Assembly (NCBI GenBank): GCA_964202905.1
Contig: CAXNJO010000006.1
Coordinates: 224,001-288,000, forward strand
Reading direction: 5' to 3'
From: Polyangiales bacterium
GTDB taxonomy: Bacteria; Myxococcota_A; Polyangia; Polyangiales; JADJQN01
DNA: 64,000 nt
The translations under genes were made by a program, and so were the position numbers. The notes beneath the pieces are model-generated. The model was not told where the DNA came from. It ran no database searches and saw only the letters and a program-made list of their open reading frames with translations. This document shows positions 1 through 16,302 of the stretch, one piece after another; within the stretch, counting starts at the first letter, position 1, and each line of letters starts with the position of its first letter.

Positions 1-551
1 AAGTTTCCGACATGCCGCCACTCGCGTTCCCACCAGAACTCCTTTCGGTAGCCACCTCCGCCCGTCGACGCCCCGGAACCCATCTGCTCGATGAAGGGCG
101 TCAGCTCGAGAATGCCCTGCGCTTGCGCGTTTCTCGGGGCCGCGATCGCGGCGCTGACCAAACCATCGACGGCCTGCGTCAGCCATGTGTGGCCGGGGGT
201 GATGTCCAGATACCAGACGGGATTGACGGCCCGGCGGCGCGCCTGCTTTCTGGTGATCGCGACGCCGTACGGCTCGAACTGGCAGCGCCGCCCGGTGATC
301 TGCTCGGTCAGCAGGCTGACGTATTCGAGCGGGGTCTCCGTGAAACAGACCGCGTTCTGCGATGTCGTCGCGGCCTGCGCGTTCTTCAGCGCTGGCACGG
401 CCTGGCCAAAGGCGCTCGTCGCGTTGATGGTCTGGGCAGTGAGGATGGACTTCAGCTGGTCCTTGGCGGACGTCGCGCCGTCCGCGCGAGTCAGATGAAC
501 GAGGAAGGTGCTGAGGTCGGACCTGCGATGGAGGAGCTCTTCGATCTTCAT
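1..551 (-). CDS. AbiGi-family (abortive infection, ADP-ribosyltransferase-like fold) protein, runs off window edge
   Basis: Manual translation from ATG at 551 (absent from the ORF track because it is truncated): MKIEELLHRRSDLSTFLVHLTR...VCFTETPL...YGVAITRK...NPVWY...FWWEREWRHVGN. The HLT / CFTETP / NPVxY / ExEWR motifs match AbiGi-like proteins. Confidence 0.75.
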   Translation of the reverse strand, partial: MKIEELLHRRSDLSTFLVHLTRADGATSAKDQLKSILTAQTINATSAFGQAVPALKNAQAATTSQNAVCFTETPLEYVSLLTEQITGRRCQFEPYGVAITRKQARRRAVNPVWYLDITPGHTWLTQAVDGLVSAAIAAPRNAQAQGILELTPFIEQMGSGASTGGGGYRKEFWWEREWRHVGN

Positions 552-611
552 GTTGTCGCGCCGAGCCTATCGCAAAGAAGCGGCGGTTCGCCGCACGCTT
601 CAGTGCGTCGC

Positions 612-1752
612 TCAGCCCGCCCGACGCGAGAGGTAGCGGTGGCCCGCCTCCTCAATCGTGAGCCGAGCCGCGACCTCCCCGCGGTCCCGCGCCACCGCCG
701 TGATCGCGTTCGCGATGTCGTACGCCGTCGTCGGCACCTTCAGCGCCTCCGTGATCGTCTGCGTCGACGAGCTCGACGGCAGCAGCCCGTTCGAGCGCGA
801 GCTCTCGGCCGACCGCCTGGACCTCGCTCTGGCCAAGGCCGAGCGCGCGGAGACCCTCGATCTCCTCGAGCGCCTCGTCGATGAGGAACTCGCTCGCGCG
901 GCGCCAACGATCGATGTCGCCGCGGGCCTCGGCGAAGGCGACGGGCACGACGTCCCGGAGTTGCTCGTGGAGCCGCTTCGGATCGCCGACGTGACGCATG
1001 CGCATCGCAGCCTCGGACCGCCAAGCCCGCATGCCGTTGGTGCACACGAGGCGGTACGTGATTGGCGTGACCTGCACCGAGCGGACGCCGACCTCGGAGT
1101 TGCCGATGTCGAGGCCCCACTCGATGATGTCGTCCTTCCTCACTGCCATGCTCTCCGCCGGCAGCGTGATGCGGAGCAGCGTGCTCGCGCCGACCGCCGA
1201 CGCCCGCACCCGGCACTCCGCGAGGTAGCCGGCGCGGTCGAGCACATCGCCCACGACCTCGAGCACGAGCTCGTCGTCGAGAGCGGCGTAGCGATCGCTG
1301 ACGACCGCACGGACCTCACCACCGGCGAGGCGAAGGAGCGCGGACTGCCGCTCCTTCGTCATGCCGAAGTTCATGTTCGCCATCTGCAACTTCGCGGGGA
1401 GGTCGCGGATGTACGACGGCGGCGCACCGATGCGGGTGCAGAGCTGCGAGAACGCGAGCTCCCGCAGCGGCATCGGCTGCATCGGCTCGCGCCCGGGGAG
1501 CGGGACCGGCGCGATGGCCATCGAGCCATCGGCGTGGCCGAAGGCCCAGGTCCTGACGTCGTGGGCGACGACGTCGTCACGCACGCCGTCCTCCGCGTGA
1601 GCGTCGAGCACGAGCTGGGCGGCCTCCTCGAACGAGACCGGGTGGGTGTGCGCGATCCAGCGCTCATGCTGGTCGCGGCGGGGGCGAAGCGGGGACGACG
1701 GGGTGACGATGGACGGAGCGGTGCGCTCCGCTGCCTGGGCTGCTGCGGTCAT
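612..1752 (-). CDS. DUF932-domain protein, apparent frameshift near 795
   Basis: RAVVSDRY, GLDIGNSEVG and RLVCTNG motifs. The natural C-terminus (TAYDIANAITAVARD...LTIEEAG) lies in the other frame (612-836). Confidence 0.75.
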
Positions 1753-2076
1753 GGGGATCCTCCTTTGGGTGAACGAGGCGGGTCCGCCTCACCCTCCTGA
1801 TAGGAAGAACGTCGTTCGCTTTGCGCCGTCGGACCGGCCTCGGGCCTCCACGGAGATCGCCATCGGCCCCGCGTCCGTTCAGGGCCTCCAGGCGCCCCGA
1901 GTCCACCCAGCCGGGCGCCCCCCGTCAGTCGGGGCCCGCCCGCTGCGTCATCACGACATCCCCGGCGAAACGGGCCTGCCGGCGTAGACGTCCGACCGCG
2001 CCCGCCATACCCTCGCGACGCCGAACTTGAACATCAACATGGAGCCCGGGCCTCGCCGGCCAGCACGCACCCCAAG

Positions 2077-5586
<3,510 letters not shown>

Positions 5587-5611
5587 GACGAGACCGGCCC
5601 AGGACAGATCC

Positions 5612-8536
<2,925 letters not shown>

Positions 8537-8585
8537 GGAGCGCCTCGATGACCACCCGCCTCGTCTCGATCGATAGGGGGACCCT

Positions 8586-11346
8586 GTGACTCTCAAGCCT
8601 TGGCGTGACGTCATCCTGCCGCACGAGGACGTGCTCGACGGGAAGTTCGACGAGTCAGAGTTCGCTGCCGACCTCACGAAGGTCGTGCGCGGCATCGCGA
8701 AGCCCGAGTACCAGGACCCCGAGCGGTTCTTCGAGCGCACGGTGATCACCGAGGGGATGAGCTTGCTCCTCCAGTCGGTGGTGAAGCGCCTCGCCGGCAA
8801 GGGAGGCGATCCCGTCGTGCAGCTCCAGACCGCCTTCGGCGGCGGCAAGACGCACACGATGTTGGCCGTGATGCACGTCGCATCCGGCGCGACCCCGGCC
8901 AAGAAGATGCTCGGCGTCGCGGAGCTCCTCGACAAGGCGAAGGTGAAGGAGCTCGTTCGCGCACGCATCGCCGTGCTCGACGGGAACGCGCTCGCGCCGG
9001 CGCAGCCGCAGGAGCACGGGAAGATCTCGGCGAACACGCTGTGGGGCGAGCTCGCGTGGCAGCTCGGCAAGGAAGAGGGCTACGCCCTCGTCGCGGAGTC
9101 GGACCGCAGCGGCACATCCCCCGGGAAGGACGTGCTCGCGACCCTGCTCGAGAAGTTCGCGCCCGCCGTGATCCTCATGGACGAGACCGTCGCCTACATC
9201 CGCCAGCTCGAGCCCGGCAAGAGCTACAAGGGCGGCACCTTCAGCTCGAACCTCTCGTTCCTTCAGGCGCTCACCGAGGCCGTCTCGCGCGTGCCGAACG
9301 CCATGCTCCTGGCCTCGTTGCCTGAGAGCATGATGGAGGTCGGTGACGCGCAGGGGCAGTCGACCCTCGACTCCTGCCAGAAGATCTTCGGCCGCATCGA
9401 GGCGGTGTGGAAGCCGGTCGGCACCGACGAGGCATTCGAGATCGTGCGCCGCCGCCTCTTCAAGGGCGTGCAGAGCGACACCGCCCGTGACGAGGCGTGC
9501 CGTGCCTTCGCCGACCTCTACACGCAGAACGCCGACAAGTTCCCCGCCGAGACGCGCGACGCCGTGTACCTTCGTCGCCTGAAGGCGAGCTACCCGATCC
9601 ATCCCGAGGTCTTCGAGCGGCTCTACGAGGACTGGTCGACGCTGCCGAAGTTCCAGCGCACCCGCGGCGTGCTCCGTCTCGTAGCCCGCATGGTCCACTC
9701 GCTCTGGCGCAGCGACAACCGCGACTACCTCATCCTGCCGGGCTCGATCCCGCTCGACGACCACACCGTCCGCAACGAGCTCGTGAAGTACCTGCCCTCT
9801 GGGTGGGATCCCATCGTCGACAAGGACATCGACGGCGCCCACGCCGAGCCCCGCCGCATCGACGACGACGTCGCCGCGCTCGGCGCGATGCAGGCGTGCC
9901 GCCGGGTCGCCCGAGCCATCTTCCTGGGCTCCGCGCCGTCCGTCGGCGGTCAGAAGGTCCGCGGCATCGGCGTCGAGCGTGTCCGTCTCGGGTGTGTTCA
10001 GCCTGGCCAGTCGCCGGGCAAGTACGACGACGCGCTCAAGCGTCTCGCCGACCGGCTCCACTACCTCTACAGCGGCAACGACCGCTTCTGGTTCGACCAG
10101 CGCCCGAACCTCCGGCGCGAGATGGAAGACCGCCTCCAGCGCTTCGACCGGAAGCTCCACCTCTATCCCGAGATCCAGGAGCGCCTCCAGAAGCTCGTGA
10201 AGAGCAGCGCGGTGCAGGCCGTGCACATCTTCGCCGGGAGCAAGGACATCCCAGACAAGCCCGACCTGCGACTCGTGGTCCTCGACCCCGACCACAGCCA
10301 CAAGCGCAAGGACGACACCAGCAAGGCCGTGCGAGGCGCCGAGGACATCCTCAAGAGCCACGGCGACAAGCCGCGCGAGCACCAGAACCGGCTGCTCTTC
10401 CTCGTGCCCGACGTCAACGCGGTACAGCCGCTCCGCGACAACGTGCAGCGCTACCTCGCGTGGCAGTCGATCGTCGAGGATGCCGAGCAGCTCAACCTCG
10501 ACAAGCATCACGAGAAGGAAGCCGGCAAGAGCCTCGCCGAGGCGGCGGCCCGCGTGGATGCGAGCATCCGCGAGGCATACCGGATCCTGCTCGCCCCGAT
10601 GGCGGAGGCCGATGCCGTCGGCACCGTCCTCTGGGAAGACGAAGCGCTCAACCTCGCCGGGAGCACCTACGACAAGGCGATCACCACGACGACCCGCGAG
10701 AAGGAGTGGGTGATCTCCGCGTGGGCACCGACCCACCTCGCCACGTTGCTCGCCAAGTGGTTCTGGAAAGACGGCAAGTCCGACGTCGGCGCCAAGAAGG
10801 TCTGGCTGGACACCTGTCGCTACCTCTACCTCCCGCGCTTGGCCTCCGAGGACGTCTTCGTGAGCACCGTGCGCGACGGCGTCGCCCATCGTGACTGGTT
10901 CGGCTACGCCTCAGCGCGTGAAGGACGGCGCCTACCAGGGCGTCCTCTTCGGCAGCTCCGGCAGCGTCTACCTCGACGACAGCGCCGTGCTGATCCGACC
11001 GGACGCCATCACCATCACCACCGGCGGGACCCGTACGGGCTCCCAGCCTCCGACCACGCCGATACCCCCGAAGCGGCCGAGCGGTCATCCCCCGAAGGTC
11101 CCAACCGGCCCCGTGTATCGGCGGTTCCACGCGACCGTCGACATCGGCGCCGATCCCATCGGCTCCTTCACCGAGATCGTGGAGAACGTGATCGAGCGCC
11201 TCGCTACGGAGTACGGCACCCACGTCTCCATCACGATCGACATCGAGGCCGAGCGCCCGAGCGGCTTCGACGACAAGACCGTCCGCGTGGTGAAGGAGAA
11301 CGCCACCACGCTGAAGTTCAAGACCGCCGAGTTCGAGACCGAGTAG
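8586..11346 (+). CDS. DUF499-family AAA+ ATPase, apparent frameshift near 10915
   Basis: [16 protein letters not shown], Walker [30 protein letters not shown]; typical C-terminus (RRFHATV...[10 protein letters not shown]) in frame 10891-11346. Confidence 0.85.
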
Positions 11347-11529
11347 CGATGATGCGAGGTGACATCACGGTCTTCGCGTCGCCCGGTGCTGCCGCGGTGC
11401 TGCACGGCCGGGCCCGCCGACCGTCCGGCGCCGGTGACTCGTCCTGCGCGGGGTGGCGCGTGGTCGTTCACCGCTGGAACTCGCGGTGGGCCGACCCGGC
11501 CGTCGGGCGCTCGGCTGGAGCATCCGCCC

Positions 11530-12975
11530 GTGCCGACTGAAAGCGCGACGTTCCTCACCGAGTACCTCCGCGCGATCGAGGCGGGGACAGCTGCCGTCTT
11601 CGCCGGCGCCGGGCTCTCGATGGCGGCGGGGTACGTCGACTGGAAGAGGCTGCTCGCAGATGTCGTTGCCGAGCTGAAGCTCGACCCGGACACGGAAAAT
11701 CTGGTTGCCGCGGCGCAGTACCACGTCAACGAGCGCCGCACTCGCGGACGCCTGAACCAGCTCCTGATCGACGAGTTCACGAAGGACGCCGAACCGAACC
11801 CCAACCACAAGCTCCTTGCCCGGCTCCCGATCGAGACGATCTGGACCACGAACTACGACATCTTGCTCGAGACCGCGCTCGCGGCCGAGCACAAGCGTGT
11901 CGACGTGAAGCATCGACAGCCCCAGCTCGCGATCAGCAAGCCGGGTCGCCACGTCACGCTCTACAAGATGCACGGGGACATCTCGTCGCCAGACGAGGCT
12001 GTGCTCGTGAAGGAGGACTACGAGACGTACGACGAGAAGCGAAAGCTCTTCTCGTACCAGCTTCAGGGCGACCTGGTGGCGAAGACCTTCATGTTCATCG
12101 GGTTCAGCTTCACCGATCCCAACATCGACTACCTCCTCGGGCGCATCCGCGGCCTGATGAGCCAGCACGTTCGCACGCACTACTGCTTCATGCGGCGTGT
12201 ATCGAAGCCGGCGAGCAACGCCGGCAAGATCCTCGCGGACTACCAGTACGACCTGCGGCGGCAGCAGCTACTCATCGGCGACCTCAAGCGGTACGGCATT
12301 CAGACTGTGCTCGTTGAGGAGTACAGCGAGATCACGTCGATCCTCGAGCAACTCGATCGTCTGGTCTACCGGAGCAACGTGTTCGTGTCGGGCAGCGCGG
12401 AGGAGTACGCACCGTTCGACCAGCCTCGACTCGACGCCCTCTGCCGCACCCTGGGCCGAACGCTCATGGAGCGTGGACGGAAGCTCACGTCGGGCTTGGG
12501 CACAGGCGTCGGAGGCGTGGTCATCCTCGGCGCGATGGAGGCAATCTACCGGAGGGCGGCCGGCCGCGTGGACGACAGGTTGACGCTGCGACCGTTCCCG
12601 CAGGAACTCGCGGCCGGACCCACGCGCGATGCGATGTGGACTCGCTACCGAGAGGAGATGATCGGGCGTGCGGGCGCCGCTGTCTTTATCGCGGGCAACA
12701 AGCGGGTCGGTGGAACCGTCGTCGTGGCCGACGGCTGCCTGGAGGAGTTCGAGATCGCGAAGGCGCTCGGGCGGACACCGATACCGATCGGCTGTACCGG
12801 GCACGCCGCAGCTCAGATCTGGAACGAGGTGCACACCAACGTCGACACGTTCTACCCAGGGAAGGCGAGCGAGGCGCGAACCGCCCTCGGCGTCCTCAAC
12901 GACCCAGCCTCGGCGGACGTGCAGTTGGTGGAAGCGGTGATGGCGCTTCTCGAACTCGCCGGGGGCAAGAGGTGA
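11530..12975 (+). CDS. thsA: Thoeris ThsA-like SIR2 + STALD/SLOG NADase effector
   Basis: SIR2 motifs [30 protein letters not shown] motifs [25 protein letters not shown], IPIGxTG. Confidence 0.85.
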   Translation: MPTESATFLTEYLRAIEAGTAAVFAGAGLSMAAGYVDWKRLLADVVAELKLDPDTENLVAAAQYHVNERRTRGRLNQLLIDEFTKDAEPNPNHKLLARLPIETIWTTNYDILLETALAAEHKRVDVKHRQPQLAISKPGRHVTLYKMHGDISSPDEAVLVKEDYETYDEKRKLFSYQLQGDLVAKTFMFIGFSFTDPNIDYLLGRIRGLMSQHVRTHYCFMRRVSKPASNAGKILADYQYDLRRQQLLIGDLKRYGIQTVLVEEYSEITSILEQLDRLVYRSNVFVSGSAEEYAPFDQPRLDALCRTLGRTLMERGRKLTSGLGTGVGGVVILGAMEAIYRRAAGRVDDRLTLRPFPQELAAGPTRDAMWTRYREEMIGRAGAAVFIAGNKRVGGTVVVADGCLEEFEIAKALGRTPIPIGCTGHAAAQIWNEVHTNVDTFYPGKASEARTALGVLNDPASADVQLVEAVMALLELAGGKR

Positions 12976-13568
12976 GGCGTTGCGAGGCGGCCACCAAGAG
13001 CGGGAAGAGGTGCCTGAACCGGCCGAGCGATGGAGTTCGGTTCTGTCCGAAGCACATGGGCCGGCTCGACCCGAAGCAGGCGACGTGGGTCGTGGGCGGT
13101 GCTGCTGTGGGGCACGCCATCGTGCCCGTGGTCGGCGGCATGATCGGCGCCGGCGTGGGATGGATCGCTGACAAGTTGACGATGGAGGCGAGAATGGCGC
13201 GCAAGAGAGTGTTCGTGAGCTTCGACTTCGACAACGACCGAGCCCTGAAGGAGTTCATCGTCGGTCAGGCGAAGCTCGCCGACTCGCCGTTCGAGATCGT
13301 CGACTGCTCGCTCAAGGAGGCCGCGCCGATGAAGACGTGGGAGGAGAAAGCGCGGCGGGCCATCGAGGGTTCGGACATCGTGCTTGTCATGGTGGGTGCC
13401 AGCACCCACAAGGCGAGCGGCGTGCTCAAGGAGGTCGCGATGGCCCGAGCGGCGGGCATCCCGCTCGTTCAGATCATCGGATACAAGGACGGCACCTACA
13501 CGGCGGTGAAGGACGCGGGTCGGCTCTACGCGTGGAACTGGGACAACCTGAAGAAGCTGCTCGGCTAG
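12972..13568 (+). CDS. thsB: Thoeris ThsB-like TIR protein with N-terminal CCCH Zn-knuckle and glycine zipper (TIR alone from ATG 13194)
   Basis: GTG overlaps the thsA stop (GTGA). TIR: RVFVSFDFDND...SDIVLVMVG...GVLKEV. Internal GGAGG RBS at 13184-13188. Confidence 0.8.
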   Translation: MRRCEAATKSGKRCLNRPSDGVRFCPKHMGRLDPKQATWVVGGAAVGHAIVPVVGGMIGAGVGWIADKLTMEARMARKRVFVSFDFDNDRALKEFIVGQAKLADSPFEIVDCSLKEAAPMKTWEEKARRAIEGSDIVLVMVGASTHKASGVLKEVAMARAAGIPLVQIIGYKDGTYTAVKDAGRLYAWNWDNLKKLLG

Positions 13569-13604
13569 CCGCAAGTGCGGTCCTGCCACCGAGGCGGCCG
13601 GCGT

Positions 13605-14021
13605 CTACGGGAGGGCGCCGACGACGATCTCCTCGAGCCGCTCCGCGGTGTCGGCGACGAGGTCGAAGAGGGCGGCGCTCTGGGTGACCCCGGGCGCGAT
13701 GATCGCGATCGCCATCTTGGTGATGCCGCGCCCGATGAGGACCTGCTGCGTCACGGCGTGCTCACGCTCGCCGCCGATCAACGTGACGCCGTCGTGCGCA
13801 GGGACCGAGCTCTCCAGGGACGGCAGCGGGTGGGGAACGGCGGCGATATCGCCGGCGTAGGCGACCACCTCCTCGTGCCCGAGGATCCAGAGCACGACGA
13901 GCCGGGCGTCGGCCTCGCGCTCGAGGCGACGCAGTTCCTTCCGCAGACGGTGCTCCGTGCGGACGTCGATACGCCGCAGCAACCAGATGGCGGTGCCGGG
14001 GACGTCGTAGCTCGAGGTCAC
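13605..14021 (-). CDS. Hypothetical protein, possibly Roadblock/GAF-like alpha/beta fold
   Basis: Protein-like composition with helix-strand-strand...strand-helix pattern; GTG start at 14021. Confidence 0.45.
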   Translation of the reverse strand: MTSSYDVPGTAIWLLRRIDVRTEHRLRKELRRLEREADARLVVLWILGHEEVVAYAGDIAAVPHPLPSLESSVPAHDGVTLIGGEREHAVTQQVLIGRGITKMAIAIIAPGVTQSAALFDLVADTAERLEEIVVGALP

Positions 14022-14240
14022 GCCGGCCCCGGGTGCGATGCCGGCCGGGCGTGCGGTGCCGGCAGCAGCTGCATCGCGAGAGGATGTGCCGCTGGCTGGG
14101 TGCGAGCTGCGTCGTCGGTCCGGCGTTCTCCGAGACGGGGCGGGCGAGAATGGTACGTCCGCAGCCGCCCGTCCCCGCAACTGCCTTCCAGAGGGCCGCA
14201 TGCCGCGTCGGAGGCCCACTTTGGTGCTGAGCCGAGATCG

Positions 14241-14650
14241 CTCGTACCAATGTATCGAGGGGGTTGTGAGGGCTTCTGCTCTGGAGCCCCTGGAAAGACG
14301 GCCTCAAGAGGGCTCGTGCATGAGGCATGGCCCTGGGGATCGGCTCCAGGCATGCGCGACGTGGATGATGCCGACGGCACATGGCCATCGGCGCCCAGCG
14401 AGACTTCGGTCGGCGGGGTGGCTCCGGCGAGGATTCCCCGCCGGAGCCCATCGACAGGTCGTTCCCCATCGAGCCCGCGACTTGCCAAATCGCGGGAACC
14501 CCTCGCCACCTCACTGACAGCAGCAACCGCCACACAAGGCGCCAAGGACGCCTCAAGTACGGCCGCCACCGGACCGCCAGCCTCCGACGCCGCCCGACGG
14601 TCCAGCCAGGAGGGGCCTTTGGCCCCGCCCATATGGACCGCCCTACGGCG
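14241..14650 (-). ncRNA. Putative structured RNA downstream of the reverse transcriptase
   Basis: At least seven stem-loops, three abutting. Several imperfect pairs become G-U only on the minus (RT-sense) strand. Confidence 0.5.
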
Positions 14651-14721
14651 CATGAAGAGCGTGCGGGTGATCGCGACCGACTTGGCACTGACGGCCGCGA
14701 AACTCTGGTCCAGGAAGGCCA

Positions 14722-16041
14722 TCACAGCGCCCCCCGAACGATAGGATCCGCGAAGGCCTGGAACTTCGAGATCCAGGTCGTTCGCAGGTTCAACTTCACA
14801 TGGACAGCCGCCTCATCCACTGCGTGGAGGTGGCCCCGGCTGATCGCGCCGGCGGCCTCGCGAAGATCGTCGAGGCGAGACGCTGGATCCAGGGACAGCC
14901 GGAGCACGGCGTCTACGAAGCGGCTCCACAGCCGGCGGTTGCACGGGTCGGTGTCCCGCAGTCGCTCGATGACGGTGTCGAAGTTCTCGCCCGATAGACG
15001 GACGCCGCCGTGCCCGATGTCGTAGCCGAGGAAGTTGATGTTCGCGCCGCGAAGGTCGATCGGCTCCGGGCTCGTCTTAGCCGGGTCCGGGTGCAGGGCG
15101 AGGCCAGTGCGGCTCGCGAGGTCGTGAAGAAGTTGAAGTCCCTCGGCGGCACCAGCGCGCTCGCGGGCAAGGACGAGCAGGTCGTCGGCGTAGCGAAGGA
15201 GGATTGCCCGAGTGCCCATGGCGAGAGCGAAGGGGGCGTCGAAGATCACGTAGCCGACGATGTTGCTGAGCACTGGGGCGATCGACGAGCCCTGGTACAA
15301 GGCGAGCAGAGGCTCAGCGCGCACACCAACCTCGCCGGACACAACGCGCCGATGGTCTGGCCGTCGCACAATCGGCGCAGACATCCGCGCCGCGATGATC
15401 GTCATCATGGCGTCGTCGACCGGGAGCACCACGGGCAGCGAGGCGGCGACGTGGTTGATGGTGATGGACGGGAAGTAGTTGCGGACGTCTGCCCGTGCAG
15501 CCCACACGAATCCGCGGCGCAGCAGCGCCTTCGCCATGAAGAGCCCGGCATGAACGCCGTCGACGCAGCGGTAGGCCAGGATGGTGTGCGGCAGGATCTG
15601 CTCGGCGTGGAGGCTGAGTACCAACAGGATCAAGGTCTGCACGAACCGCTCGAGGAACGGGTGCAGGAAGACCTCGCGCTTCTCGTCGACCATCACGCCC
15701 AGGACGGGCGAAGGACAGGCGCGGCTCTTGGTCGCTGCGTAGGTGTGGTCATGCGCAGCGTCGAAGAACTTCGAGCCTGCCGCCCGCCGGACTGAGCCGG
15801 GTGCGAGACGAGCTCCGGGCGGGATCACGATCCTCCGGCCGTCGCGCCCCTTGCGCGTGGTCTCGACCACCGGCAGGTCACAGCTCGAGGCGAACGCCTC
15901 GTCACCGACGAGCGTGACGACGACGTTCCCGTCGGCGTCACGGAGGCTGCTCGGCACAAGGACGTCGCGGTTCACACGGGCGACGGCGTCGGGGAAGCGC
16001 TCTCGGCGGAAGAGCCCCTTGCTCGATGCAAGCTGGCTCAC
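14722..16041 (-). CDS. Group II-like reverse transcriptase (~439 aa)
   Basis: ERFVQ...AYR (RT2), ADVRNYFPSI (RT3), QGSSIAPVLSNI (RT4), RYADD (RT5), LALHPDPAKT, FLGY (RT7). GGAGG RBS and GTG start overlapping the upstream stop. Confidence 0.9.
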   Translation of the reverse strand: MSQLASSKGLFRRERFPDAVARVNRDVLVPSSLRDADGNVVVTLVGDEAFASSCDLPVVETTRKGRDGRRIVIPPGARLAPGSVRRAAGSKFFDAAHDHTYAATKSRACPSPVLGVMVDEKREVFLHPFLERFVQTLILLVLSLHAEQILPHTILAYRCVDGVHAGLFMAKALLRRGFVWAARADVRNYFPSITINHVAASLPVVLPVDDAMMTIIAARMSAPIVRRPDHRRVVSGEVGVRAEPLLALYQGSSIAPVLSNIVGYVIFDAPFALAMGTRAILLRYADDLLVLARERAGAAEGLQLLHDLASRTGLALHPDPAKTSPEPIDLRGANINFLGYDIGHGGVRLSGENFDTVIERLRDTDPCNRRLWSRFVDAVLRLSLDPASRLDDLREAAGAISRGHLHAVDEAAVHVKLNLRTTWISKFQAFADPIVRGAL

Positions 16042-16205
16042 GGGCGCCTCCGTGCGCGCTGCTGGTCTCGCGCACCAGCGACGAGCAGGCGGACAATCGC
16101 GGCGGACCGCGAGCGCAGCGTCGGGTCCGCACGGAGCATCCGGCGCAGCAGTCGGTCGAGCTCGACCGGGATGCAGACCGACACCTTGACGTACGAGCGG
16201 GTCAC
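16038..16205 (-). CDS. Ribbon-helix-helix DNA-binding protein, coupled to the RT
   Basis: VKVSVCIPVELDRLLRR...RSRSAAIVRLLVAG; its TGA overlaps the RT GTG. Confidence 0.7.
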   Translation of the reverse strand: MTRSYVKVSVCIPVELDRLLRRMLRADPTLRSRSAAIVRLLVAGARDQQRARRRP

Positions 16206-16241
16206 GGACGTCTCTATGACGCTCGTCCGAAAGACTGTCAA
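16205..16241 (-). promoter_or_regulatory. Candidate sigma70 promoter and operator for the RHH-RT operon (possibly leaderless)
   Basis: TTGACA (16236-16241), 17-nt spacer, weak -10 CATAGA, then GTG 7 nt later; inverted repeat CGGACG/CGTCCG at 16205-16229. Confidence 0.45.
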
Positions 16242-16302
16242 TCCCAGTCCGACTTCTTCGGAGGGATTCCGCTCGCACCGCGTTTGCGCTAGGCTCCGCG
16301 TC

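Noticed and set aside
14018..14725. 235-aa ORF overlapping the RT stop and the next start
   Set aside because: Low-complexity and non-globular, and it coincides with the hairpin array. It is not listed as a CDS, although coupling at both ends means it cannot be fully excluded.
13600..16300. Group II intron, retron or DGR interpretation of the RT
   Set aside because: No recognisable domain V/VI, no retron-specific motifs, and no TR/VR repeat pair found by eye.
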